Shown piece by piece: positions 10,023-18,969 of a DNA stretch of 57,254 bases (position 1 is its first letter; each line of letters starts with the position of its first letter). Below the pieces are notes generated by a model that searched no databases, was not told where the DNA came from, and worked only from the letters and a program-made list of their open reading frames with translations. The translations under genes were made by a program, and so were the position numbers. Source of the DNA: a virus (taxonomy: Duplodnaviria > Caudoviricetes); the IMG/VR virus record IMGVR_UViG_3300042344_000496, positions 1 to 57,254 of that record. One strand, written 5' to 3'.

Positions 10023-12833
10023 TTATCCACCAATTAATTCACTGAATGAAGTAGCGGTTGAGGTTGCATAGAAGTTCACCAAGATAAACTCTGATGTTCT
10101 TACTGGCTTGATATAAATATCAACAACAAGTTCATTTTGATCAATTACAGATGCTGGATTGTTTCGATCATCACATACAATTTCGTATTCATTAATACCA
10201 CTATCATTTCTAGCTAGATCAAATATTGGTTTTAGTGTATTTACTAATCTAGAACGTGTGAATGTTGTATTAGGTTCGAATACAAAGTATCTTGTAGTTC
10301 TCTTAGTAGCTTTTTGTAAGAAGATGAACAATCTACGAACATTGATACGATCAAATGCACTTGGTTGTCTTAACATTGTCTTCTGACCGAAGATATTGAA
10401 TCCATCACCGGGGAAGAATGCTACTGGATTTACCGCAATCTTATACAGTGAATCACGTTCTTTTTGTTTAGGCATCAATGCAATATCTAATACATTGGTA
10501 ACTTTACCTCTGGTGAAACCAGCTGGAGCATACCAAGGTTGGAAGTTTTGATCCATAGCTGCCATATCAGCTGCTGCCCATGCTGAGAATGGAATCCATA
10601 CTCTTGTACTTGAGAAAGGATCAGATACCTTAACCCAGTTAGCATATGTACAAACATAACTTGAATTAGCAGCTGCAAATAGGTTCTTCAATGGATTATA
10701 AACATGTGATGAGAATGTTTTTGTCTTATCATCTAATGTTTTGCTATTAGCTCCAGTGACAAATATATGTCTTAGAGGATCAGCAATAAACATACAATCT
10801 TTTCTTAATGAAGAACAGAATCCATCAAACTTATTATAAATTGTTCTATAATAATCGGTTATCTTATTTGAAGTGAATGAATCACCAGCGAGTGCTGCTA
10901 ATTCAGCTTTGAAAGTTACGCTCATTTGATCATCATCAAAGTATGATTTTGATTCATCAATCACACCATTAACTTCTGCATTAAGTCTTGAAGCTGTGTA
11001 GACAGTAGTTAAACCAGCATCTAAAACTAAGCTAACATCAAATAATTCTTCGTTTTCAATCTTTCTTAATACTCTGTCTAATTTATAATCAAGAGCACCA
11101 ATTGTTTTCTTGCTGTTGCTTAATGAGGAATATACACCGATTGGGAATACGTAATCAGCATTAGCATATTTTAGAGAATTTTGTGATAAAACAACAGAAC
11201 TTGAAGAAGCTATGAGTTTTTGTCTGATTAAATCAACTTCTTGAGTAGTAAACCCAACTCTTGCTGCAATAGCATTTGAGCTTGCGCTTAAACGATTAAC
11301 TAGTGAATTACCAAGTACACGAACTTTCTTTTTAGGAATGTTTTGAGCATCAGTCCATGGTCCTTGATTCTTTCCATTAATGAAAGAGTTTGTCATGATG
11401 ACAACATTATTTGAACCAGAAACTACATTATCCAAATAGAATGATCTTGGAAGACCTCCGCTAATTGAATTGATTTGTCTATGATAGTCTAATGATGCTA
11501 CATAATATTCTTCAGTGAAATAATCTAATTGAACTGAAGTTGGAGCGTATGGACTTGTTCTGAGCTTAAATAAACCAAATCCAAGAATATCATCGAAAGT
11601 ATTTTCAACCAAATCACTGAATTGGAAGGTTAAGTTTTCTAGGGTTTCTGATAATGATTTGGTTCCACCTCTATTAGAACTATCAGAAACCTTGAATGCT
11701 AACTTAGTATCAATAACTGGTGTTAATGCACTAGCAGGAGCACCTAGAGTTCCTAATTCTGAAACGTTAGTATAAACTCCACCGATTGTATCGTGATTTG
11801 TTGAAGGTTGTAAATTGGTATTATCAATTAATCCCAAATAATGACCTTCCCATCTACCATTAATTGTAGATTGAATTTTATTTAAGATAATTAAACCAGC
11901 ACTACCAAAATCAGAAATTCCATTAATTTCATTAACACCTTTAGCTACTGAAGAGAAATCACCACCAGCAAATGCTGAACGATCTACAACGCTTTGATAT
12001 TCGTCAATAGTAAGTTCGAAGAACTTAGGAGCACCTAATACATAAGTGCAATTAGTATTATCAGCATCAACGTCTAGATCTTGGTGTACTTCAATATCAT
12101 TAGATCTCCAATATGTATCAATTCTTGTATACAGTGTATTAAGATCATCAACCCAATCATTTAAAACAGTTAAAGCCGAACCAGTAGGTAATACACCACC
12201 AGTATAATATGTAGAATCTTGTAAATTATCTCTAAGATTTTTAACAGCTTCGCGTAGAAGATCACCATCTGCTACTGCGATTTTTCTGTTTTGAGCAACA
12301 ATACCGTTTGTTACTAAATCAGTAGATGAATTTAAATCTGTAACAGTAATAGCATTTAAATCTCCATCAAAATCAATCATCAACTTCTTAACAGATGGTA
12401 CTGTTACATCATCTGCTAATAGAGAAAGTAAAGCAGTTGGGGTTGTAAAAACAGATTTATCAACATCATATAATCTATAAACGACTGTTGATTTCTTTTC
12501 TGCTACTACAACAGGATATACTAATGCACCATATTTTGAACCATATCCTTCACCAGTTCCTTCACCATATGGTAATCTTGTTGAATATAATGTTGCAGCA
12601 GGAACACTTAAAATTTGTCTTGCACTATGATAGAAATATCTTTCTGCCGAATTGGTAGGAGTTCCATAAACTTGCTCCAATTCTTGTACTGATGTTATTT
12701 GTAGAATTTCGTCGGTTGGACCTTTCGCAGCAAAACCAGCCATGAAAATATTTGTTCCTGCTGGGATTGATGGAGATAATGATAAATCCTTCTCTGTAAT
12801 TTCTACTCCGGGTGATTGAATTGATCTTGCCAT
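10023..12833 (-). CDS. Tail sheath protein, gp18-like
   Basis: N-terminal SPGVEITEKDLS; C-terminal PWYAPAGFTRG, GQKT, AFDRINVRRLF, FEPN, IKPVRTSEFI. Confidence 0.97.
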   Translation of the reverse strand: MARSIQSPGVEITEKDLSLSPSIPAGTNIFMAGFAAKGPTDEILQITSVQELEQVYGTPTNSAERYFYHSARQILSVPAATLYSTRLPYGEGTGEGYGSKYGALVYPVVVAEKKSTVVYRLYDVDKSVFTTPTALLSLLADDVTVPSVKKLMIDFDGDLNAITVTDLNSSTDLVTNGIVAQNRKIAVADGDLLREAVKNLRDNLQDSTYYTGGVLPTGSALTVLNDWVDDLNTLYTRIDTYWRSNDIEVHQDLDVDADNTNCTYVLGAPKFFELTIDEYQSVVDRSAFAGGDFSSVAKGVNEINGISDFGSAGLIILNKIQSTINGRWEGHYLGLIDNTNLQPSTNHDTIGGVYTNVSELGTLGAPASALTPVIDTKLAFKVSDSSNRGGTKSLSETLENLTFQFSDLVENTFDDILGFGLFKLRTSPYAPTSVQLDYFTEEYYVASLDYHRQINSISGGLPRSFYLDNVVSGSNNVVIMTNSFINGKNQGPWTDAQNIPKKKVRVLGNSLVNRLSASSNAIAARVGFTTQEVDLIRQKLIASSSSVVLSQNSLKYANADYVFPIGVYSSLSNSKKTIGALDYKLDRVLRKIENEELFDVSLVLDAGLTTVYTASRLNAEVNGVIDESKSYFDDDQMSVTFKAELAALAGDSFTSNKITDYYRTIYNKFDGFCSSLRKDCMFIADPLRHIFVTGANSKTLDDKTKTFSSHVYNPLKNLFAAANSSYVCTYANWVKVSDPFSSTRVWIPFSAWAAADMAAMDQNFQPWYAPAGFTRGKVTNVLDIALMPKQKERDSLYKIAVNPVAFFPGDGFNIFGQKTMLRQPSAFDRINVRRLFIFLQKATKRTTRYFVFEPNTTFTRSRLVNTLKPIFDLARNDSGINEYEIVCDDRNNPASVIDQNELVVDIYIKPVRTSEFILVNFYATSTATSFSELIGG

Positions 12834-12838
12834 AATTT

Positions 12839-12844
12839 TATTTA
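12839..12844 (-). promoter_or_regulatory. Late promoter core TAAATA for the sheath gene
   Basis: TAAATA-N5-ATG; resembles the T4 gp55 late consensus TATAAATA. Confidence 0.7.
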
Positions 12845-12870
12845 GTTTATTTCGCTTTAAAAATTTAATT

Positions 12871-13446
12871 TCATAATAAAATCGTTTCTAAACTTCTAAA
12901 TACGAAAGTCATTTCCGATTCAATTTCTTCTGGACTTCTATAATTATAACTTATTTCTCCAAGATCTGTAGGAAATGCTGATTTATAAACCCATTTAATT
13001 ACATCTTTATTAAATTCATCTTTCGCAACGATTTCAAAGTCTGTAGAATAATGTCCCAAACCTTTATCATTCGGTCTTAATTCTCCCTTATAAACATCCG
13101 TATCTTGATCTCTTAATAAATCCAACCAAGAAAATATAACCCAATAATTATTAAACATGTTATCTACTGTAAATTTTACAGTAACTGGTTCATAAGATGG
13201 TTTTGCATGGCTAGATACGTAAATATTACTACCACTGTACTTTACATCTATTGCTGGTACTTGAATTTTAGGAACGACTGTTCCATAAACAGAAAATTGA
13301 AATGTATTAATATCGAAAGTTCTATTATTTCTTTGAAATCTTTTATTTCTATCTAATAATTCTAATGGAATATTAAATCTCAAAGAAAATTTATCTAATC
13401 TAGCTTTATTAAGGGATGCTTGATCGTAATATGTTATGTGACTCAT
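12871..13446 (-). CDS. Tail completion / tube terminator, gp3-like
   Basis: YEPVTVKFTVDNMFNNYWVIFSWL, YKSAFPTDLGEISY. Confidence 0.65.
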   Translation of the reverse strand: MSHITYYDQASLNKARLDKFSLRFNIPLELLDRNKRFQRNNRTFDINTFQFSVYGTVVPKIQVPAIDVKYSGSNIYVSSHAKPSYEPVTVKFTVDNMFNNYWVIFSWLDLLRDQDTDVYKGELRPNDKGLGHYSTDFEIVAKDEFNKDVIKWVYKSAFPTDLGEISYNYRSPEEIESEMTFVFRSLETILL

Positions 13447-15143
13447 AATGGTTTATATCCCATATTTAATAACTCAGAATAGTCGGGATTGTCTTCAATC
13501 CCTCCACGACCTCCAAATATTGTTGGTAAAGCATCTCCAGCAACACCATCTTTCTCATTTCTGTACATAGAATGTGGATTAGTAAAATATTTTATCCCAT
13601 AATCAATTGGTTGAATAAAATATGGTTTTCTATTATCATCTCTTTGTACAACATCAAAATACTTCTCAACAAGATCATCATGTAATATCATTAATGCCCA
13701 AAATAATGCCATAACTCTATCATCATGACTTCCAGATTTAGCAGACCATAAATTTCCCTTGATTCTTACGAAATCTTTTAATTCATTTATAGTGTTTATG
13801 TCTTTGATCCTCATGGATCTAGCAACATTTATCCAATATCTTTGATTTTGTATTGCCTCAAATTTAGTATTAGTATGACAAATCATACCTAATCTTTTAT
13901 TTGTTACAGTATTGACTTTAGATTCTCCATAACAAACAATATTATCATAAACGAATTCTCTTCTTAAGTTATCAACTACTTGTGCTCCACAGTTATTTCT
14001 TTCAATTAATGCTAATGGCTTACCCCAATGTTGTAGAATTTCATTTAATTTTGGTGTAAATTCCATAGGACTAATATCATTAGACCTATAAATTGCTGCC
14101 TGTTTAATATTTCTTACATCTGTAATATCTAATATTTGTATTACAGATGCATCTTTCATGATACCTTCTGATACATCAACTCCAGCAACATATATTTTAT
14201 CTTGTTGTGGAGTATCCCATAATAAGTATTTTCCCTCATCATAAACATATAAAGGATCTTCAATATCCTTTTTAAGTTCTTCCATCAATACTGCATCAAT
14301 AGTAGCATCACCAATTTGCTGGAATTCACATTCGAACTCTTGAGCAAACTTTGTAGGGTCATCCATACCTAACTTAGTTTCTTTAACCCATTCATCATCT
14401 CTTCCCGGAATATCATTCCACTTAATTACCATTGATTTCCAAACACTATTTTTATCATCTAAAGACTTTTTATATAATCTATAAAAAATCCCAGAGGTAT
14501 CTCTAGGAGTCGATGCCATGATAATTTTAGATTTCTTAGAAGAAGAAATAATAGGATAAACAGCAGACCAAAATGAATTCAATAAAGTATGTTCAATATG
14601 GTCAGCCTCATCAATAAACAATACATTACAAGAACTACCACGACCAGCAGAACTTGTAGTTGTAGTAATTTTTATCTTACTACCATTTGATAATTCCATC
14701 GATTCTTTACCGTATTCTTTTACACCGGGTTTTAACCAATTTGGCAATCCTTCGAATGCCATACGCATCCTTGAGAAAATTTCTTTAGCTGTATCTTCTT
14801 TGTTAGCAACAATTAGTACAGATTGATAATCATTAAATATAGCGTGCCATAATAAAAATATTGTAGAACAAGTAGTTTTACCACTCTGACGAGAAAACAA
14901 TAATATACTAAAACGATTATCACGCATCAAACGTAATGCCTGTCTTTGGTAATTGTGTAACTTAATTTTCTCTTTACCTTTATCCAAGTAAATAATGTCA
15001 AAATAATTCTCTGCAAAATATAAAACATTCATCTTACACTTTCTTAATTCTTTCGCCATTTCTGGTGAATATTCGAAAGTTGCATTTGCTGATGGCAAAT
15101 TAGGATTATTTAAATAAATATCCTTCGTAGATTGTTTAGGCAT
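13443..15143 (-). CDS. Terminase large subunit, gp17-like
   Basis: Walker A SRQSGKTT, Walker B LFIDEA, STP coupling motif, QEFECEF, nuclease acidic motifs GVDVSEG and HDDRVMA. Confidence 0.97.
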   Translation of the reverse strand: MPKQSTKDIYLNNPNLPSANATFEYSPEMAKELRKCKMNVLYFAENYFDIIYLDKGKEKIKLHNYQRQALRLMRDNRFSILLFSRQSGKTTCSTIFLLWHAIFNDYQSVLIVANKEDTAKEIFSRMRMAFEGLPNWLKPGVKEYGKESMELSNGSKIKITTTTSSAGRGSSCNVLFIDEADHIEHTLLNSFWSAVYPIISSSKKSKIIMASTPRDTSGIFYRLYKKSLDDKNSVWKSMVIKWNDIPGRDDEWVKETKLGMDDPTKFAQEFECEFQQIGDATIDAVLMEELKKDIEDPLYVYDEGKYLLWDTPQQDKIYVAGVDVSEGIMKDASVIQILDITDVRNIKQAAIYRSNDISPMEFTPKLNEILQHWGKPLALIERNNCGAQVVDNLRREFVYDNIVCYGESKVNTVTNKRLGMICHTNTKFEAIQNQRYWINVARSMRIKDINTINELKDFVRIKGNLWSAKSGSHDDRVMALFWALMILHDDLVEKYFDVVQRDDNRKPYFIQPIDYGIKYFTNPHSMYRNEKDGVAGDALPTIFGGRGGIEDNPDYSELLNMGYKPL

Positions 15144-15204
15144 AAATTTACTTATCTTAAAAATAAGTTTTTATGCATCAACCTAGAAAAATTACATAAC
15201 ATAA

Positions 15205-15212
15205 TATAAATA
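15205..15212 (+). promoter_or_regulatory. Late promoter TATAAATA
   Basis: Exact T4 late consensus, 5 nt upstream of ATG 15218. Confidence 0.75.
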
Positions 15213-15217
15213 GTTTT

Positions 15218-15823
15218 ATGGCTAAAAATTCATTATTCGATCAATTATTCAATCAAGTTATCAGCGAACAGTCTGGTTTAGGACCAGATATGGGCGGTGC
15301 TCCTGACATGGGTGGTGCTCCATCCATGGATGATGATGCCGCTGAATTAGGTGTAGATACCGAAGGTGGTGAAGGAGAAGAAGGTGGCGATGACACCGTA
15401 ACACTCACACTTTCAAAGGGTCTAGCACAAGAACTCATGGAAGTATTAAAGGGTGTTGTTGGTGAAGAAGGAGGAGAAGAAGAAGGTGGTGAAGAAGGTG
15501 AAGGTGAAGGTGAAGAGGGTGGAGAAGGCGAAGAAGAAGGAGGAGAAGAAGAAGGTAGTTCAGCAATGGGTGAATCTCCAGCAGTTGAAACCATGGAAGA
15601 ACTTCCAGTTGATAAGTATGTAAAAGCAATGCAAAGCAGAAACCAAAGAGTACAAGGTTCAGCAACTAATGCTACCAATGCTCATGGTAATGCAAGTGGT
15701 GAAGTAACCAAGCCACATGGTCTTCAAAAGATGAATATGTCTTATGATGATGGAAAGAGCATGAAGGCAAAGACCAGCGAATATGGTGTTTCTGGAAAAG
15801 GTAAAAATATTCTCAATCGTTAA
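15218..15823 (+). CDS. Acidic Gly/Glu-rich hypothetical protein, possible prohead core or internal protein
   Basis: Low-complexity GEEEG tract; N-terminal FDQLFNQVISE; late promoter. Confidence 0.55.
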   Translation: MAKNSLFDQLFNQVISEQSGLGPDMGGAPDMGGAPSMDDDAAELGVDTEGGEGEEGGDDTVTLTLSKGLAQELMEVLKGVVGEEGGEEEGGEEGEGEGEEGGEGEEEGGEEEGSSAMGESPAVETMEELPVDKYVKAMQSRNQRVQGSATNATNAHGNASGEVTKPHGLQKMNMSYDDGKSMKAKTSEYGVSGKGKNILNR

Positions 15824-15847
15824 GTAAAATAAATCCATATACAAACT

Positions 15848-15875
15848 AAGGGATGTCGAAAGACATCCCTTTTTT
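15848..15875 (+). terminator. Rho-independent terminator
   Basis: aagggatgtc-GAAA-gacatccctt followed by tttt. Confidence 0.9.
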
Positions 15876-15888
15876 GTTAAATAATATT

Positions 15889-16263
15889 GTGCAAACATTT
15901 TTAGAGTATTTTTATTCGGAACAAATGAATCCCTTCATATCACCAGAAGGGAATAAAAAATTATTGAATAAAAGAAAAGCTGAAACACCTCATCATAGAA
16001 CTGATAGAAGATTAACACATAGAGGAGTTACATTTAGAAATGGAAAAGAAGAGGGTTCTAATATTGTTGCTAGTAGATATAAACAAGGTGATCATAACTT
16101 TAAACCAAAGTTAGCTTCTGGAGTTATACCAATTCAAAAAGCTATTGAGATGACTCAAAAATCTAATGTAAATTTACCAGAGAATGGTAAAAGTGTAAGA
16201 TTGAGGAAAGGTGAATACGAAATATCAAATAACAACGGAATTTATAATCTAAGGAAAATTTAG
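15889..16263 (+). CDS. Hypothetical basic protein; start re-called at GTG 15889
   Basis: The track ATG at 15853 lies inside the terminator hairpin; TAAATA (15878-15883)-N5-GTG is in frame and gives MQTFLEYFYSE. Confidence 0.65.
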   Translation: MQTFLEYFYSEQMNPFISPEGNKKLLNKRKAETPHHRTDRRLTHRGVTFRNGKEEGSNIVASRYKQGDHNFKPKLASGVIPIQKAIEMTQKSNVNLPENGKSVRLRKGEYEISNNNGIYNLRKI

Positions 16264-16276
16264 ATTAAATAATTAT

Positions 16277-17206
16277 ATGCCTTGCTATTTTTATTCTGGT
16301 GCTGGAAATGGGGGACGATGTGCTGAATTATACGATAAATTAAGCTTGGCACCTGATTTACAAGTCATAAAGTCTGCTGCGGAAGAAATGGTTCAACTTC
16401 TTGGACAAAAAGTTAATTACTATGTTAATATGACAACTCCATTAAGTTCTGATACTTTTTATGGAGAACAACCAACTGCTGGGTTTCATGGTCCAAAACA
16501 AATGAAAATGATGATTGAATTAAATGAATCATCTCTTTCATTAAGTAACTATGGATTCAATCAGGATGATGAGATAACAGCATATCTAACGTTCGAAACT
16601 TTCGTAAGTTCATTTTCTGGAGATGGTATTTATACGGCATTAAATCAAAATATGGAACCAAAAAGTGGTGATGTATTTTGTATGTTTGAGTACGGAAATG
16701 ATAGAGTGAATGGTAGGAGTGGAAACTTTTTTGAGATTACTCAAAGAAGAGATCAAGATGTAGGTGGAAATAATTTAAATCCATTAGGGGGACATTATGG
16801 ATGGGAAATTAAAGCCAAACGTATGGAATACTCATGGCAACCCGGATTACCACAAGAAACTGTCAATCAACAGATGACAGAAGATACTTTCTATGGGAAG
16901 CTTGCAAGTACTCTTCCAATGGAAGAAAAATCTGGAGGCAAATTCTATGCTGGTAGTGCTGATCAATTCAGTAAACAGAATATTATTGATATGAACTTCA
17001 ATGATACTCATGTTTATGGTACATATGACTTAAGCACAGATGATGATGGTCCAATTGGAGCAAGACCACAAAGAATGATTGATATCGTAGATAACGAAGA
17101 ATTACTTGGAAAATATATTGAAGGTGAAGTTAAGGAAGCAATTCTTGAAATTGATGATAACTTCATCATCAAGGGTGTTGACCAAATCGATTCTGGTTCT
17201 TTCTAA
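16277..17206 (+). CDS. Neck protein, gp14-like
   Basis: GQKVNYY..DTFYGE, LSNYGFNQDDEI, EPKSGDV..FFEIT motifs; TAAATA-N5-ATG. Confidence 0.75.
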   Translation: MPCYFYSGAGNGGRCAELYDKLSLAPDLQVIKSAAEEMVQLLGQKVNYYVNMTTPLSSDTFYGEQPTAGFHGPKQMKMMIELNESSLSLSNYGFNQDDEITAYLTFETFVSSFSGDGIYTALNQNMEPKSGDVFCMFEYGNDRVNGRSGNFFEITQRRDQDVGGNNLNPLGGHYGWEIKAKRMEYSWQPGLPQETVNQQMTEDTFYGKLASTLPMEEKSGGKFYAGSADQFSKQNIIDMNFNDTHVYGTYDLSTDDDGPIGARPQRMIDIVDNEELLGKYIEGEVKEAILEIDDNFIIKGVDQIDSGSF

Positions 17207-17502
17207 ACTTTTACTGTGAAAGAAGAAGAAATTGTCTTGTATCTATAATTTAATACTTCGCATCTATATACACCAGTAGTAGCTGGACTTAATGAATTAA
17301 TATATAATGTAGGTCTATTATTTCCCGGTATTGGTGACCCATTTCTATACCATATATATGTTAGTGGTGTAACACTATTACATATAACAGCAGCAGATAC
17401 ACTAGTATTCAAAACAAAATTACTAGGAAACCTTTCTATTATGATTGGTTTCTGAACTCCATAAAAGGAGCATAATTTAAAATATTTACAATTCAAATAC
17501 AT
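17203..17502 (-). CDS. Single Ig-like domain protein
   Basis: PLTYIWYRNG..I..N.PTL.I...TGVYRCEV I-set motif; ATG at 17502 just after the upstream stop. Confidence 0.7.
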   Translation of the reverse strand: MYLNCKYFKLCSFYGVQKPIIIERFPSNFVLNTSVSAAVICNSVTPLTYIWYRNGSPIPGNNRPTLYINSLSPATTGVYRCEVLNYRYKTISSSFTVKV

Positions 17503-17504
17503 AA

Positions 17505-18917
17505 TTAGAATACAATCCAAGTTGTTCCAGTCCAAATGAATTCATATTTCTGATATTGATCAACAGTCTGTAATAAACTACCATTATAATGAACATGGAA
17601 ATGATTATTAGTTGTAGTATTATTTTTAATTTTAAATGTTAAACCTAAACTAGTAGAATTTAAACCAGTTGGAAGATTAATTTGTTCTACTCCTGTAGCA
17701 TTTGTAATTGAAATAAATGATGGAGTATTTGCACTAAGATTTACATTTGCAGCTGCTAGAACAATACTAGTTAATGGATTATATATACTCGCTCCAGTAG
17801 AAAGAACTGATGTCTTAATTGAAGATGATTGATGATTTAATGTTGAATCACCACTTAACCAACTTGAAGATGATGTACTTACAGTAGTATATGTACTAGC
17901 CCAATTAGCTGAATTAGATGTTAAATTACTATAAGAACTATTCCAATTTGCCGAAGTACTAGTTAATGCAGTAAATGATGCATTCCAATTAGCTGAAGTA
18001 CTGGTTAATGCGGTAAATGATGCATTCCAATTTGTAGAAATTGTATTAACACTTGAGTAAACACTACTCCAATTAGCTGAGTTAGAAGTTAGATTAGTAT
18101 ATGATGTATCCCAACTATTTCTACCAAAGTTTACTATATTATATGCAGATAACCAAAATCCAGAAAAGCTATTAACTACACTTCTAGTTTCATTCCAATT
18201 TGCTGAAGTATTTTGTAGAAGTGTAATATTTGTACCTACAATGTTTCCAGTTGATGTTACATTCCCACTAAAATCTACAACGAATTTATTAACTGAATTA
18301 CCTTTTAATACTAATAATGGGTTTATATTAGAACCAGAACTTAATTGATTCACTAATATAGTTGTTTGTGTTCCAGTGTTGTCAGCAGTTAATCCTCCAA
18401 CTAAATTAGTATTATTTGCAGTCAAATTTCCAATAATAGTAACATTACCACCAGATCGTATATTCTCATCTACATTAAGATTTTTATTAATTATAATATT
18501 ATCAGTAACTAATGATTTTGATTCAATACCAGAAGCGCAATACATGTTTGAAGAAATTTTAACAACATTTGTGAAGTAACATCCATTCAAATAATCTATT
18601 GTTAATGTTCTTAATCCATTTCCGATAGTTAATGCGCTATCACTTATAATACTTTCAGTTGTTTCACCTGAAAGATATTCCATTTGTACAATACCATCAA
18701 AGATAGCATTAGTTGCTGTAAGATTTCCTACAATAACTGAACTAGGAATAATAATTCCACCATTGGCACTTAATGTTCCATTTATATGGAAGTCTCCTTG
18801 AAATGGTTTAGATGGGGATGCGATAGGATCAGTAGCACTATCAGCATAATCTGCCGTAGGTGCCGTATGATGGTTTCTACTATGTAACTTATCATGAAAT
18901 CTTGCATTACCAGCCAT
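17505..18917 (-). CDS. Putative tail fibre or virion structural protein
   Basis: G-x-L-x-V beta-repeat region, 14-aa S/T/N/W repeats; TAAATA-N6-ATG. Confidence 0.6.
   Translation of the reverse strand: MAGNARFHDKLHSRNHHTAPTADYADSATDPIASPSKPFQGDFHINGTLSANGGIIIPSSVIVGNLTATNAIFDGIVQMEYLSGETTESIISDSALTIGNGLRTLTIDYLNGCYFTNVVKISSNMYCASGIESKSLVTDNIIINKNLNVDENIRSGGNVTIIGNLTANNTNLVGGLTADNTGTQTTILVNQLSSGSNINPLLVLKGNSVNKFVVDFSGNVTSTGNIVGTNITLLQNTSANWNETRSVVNSFSGFWLSAYNIVNFGRNSWDTSYTNLTSNSANWSSVYSSVNTISTNWNASFTALTSTSANWNASFTALTSTSANWNSSYSNLTSNSANWASTYTTVSTSSSSWLSGDSTLNHQSSSIKTSVLSTGASIYNPLTSIVLAAANVNLSANTPSFISITNATGVEQINLPTGLNSTSLGLTFKIKNNTTTNNHFHVHYNGSLLQTVDQYQKYEFIWTGTTWIVF
17890..18210 (-). repeat. 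Degenerate 42-bp (14-aa) tandem repeats, LTS[NT]SANWN.S[YF]T.
   Basis: WNASFTALTSTSAN occurs twice exactly, with several degenerate neighbours; Trp every 14 aa. Confidence 0.8.
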
Positions 18918-18969
18918 AGTTATTATTTAACTAAATTGCAATAAAATCTCGTAGATATAAATATGAGTT

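Noticed and set aside
15360-15560. GAAGGT/GAAGAA-type short tandem repeats
   Set aside because: Explained by the Gly/Glu low-complexity coding tract
15853-15888. Track start ATG 15853
   Set aside because: It lies within a terminator stem; the in-frame GTG 15889 fits the TAAATA-N5 pattern
17502-17545. Possible programmed frameshift fusing the fibre gene to the downstream Ig ORF
   Set aside because: The overlap is short, I see no slippery heptamer, and the Ig ORF has its own ATG 2 nt after the stop
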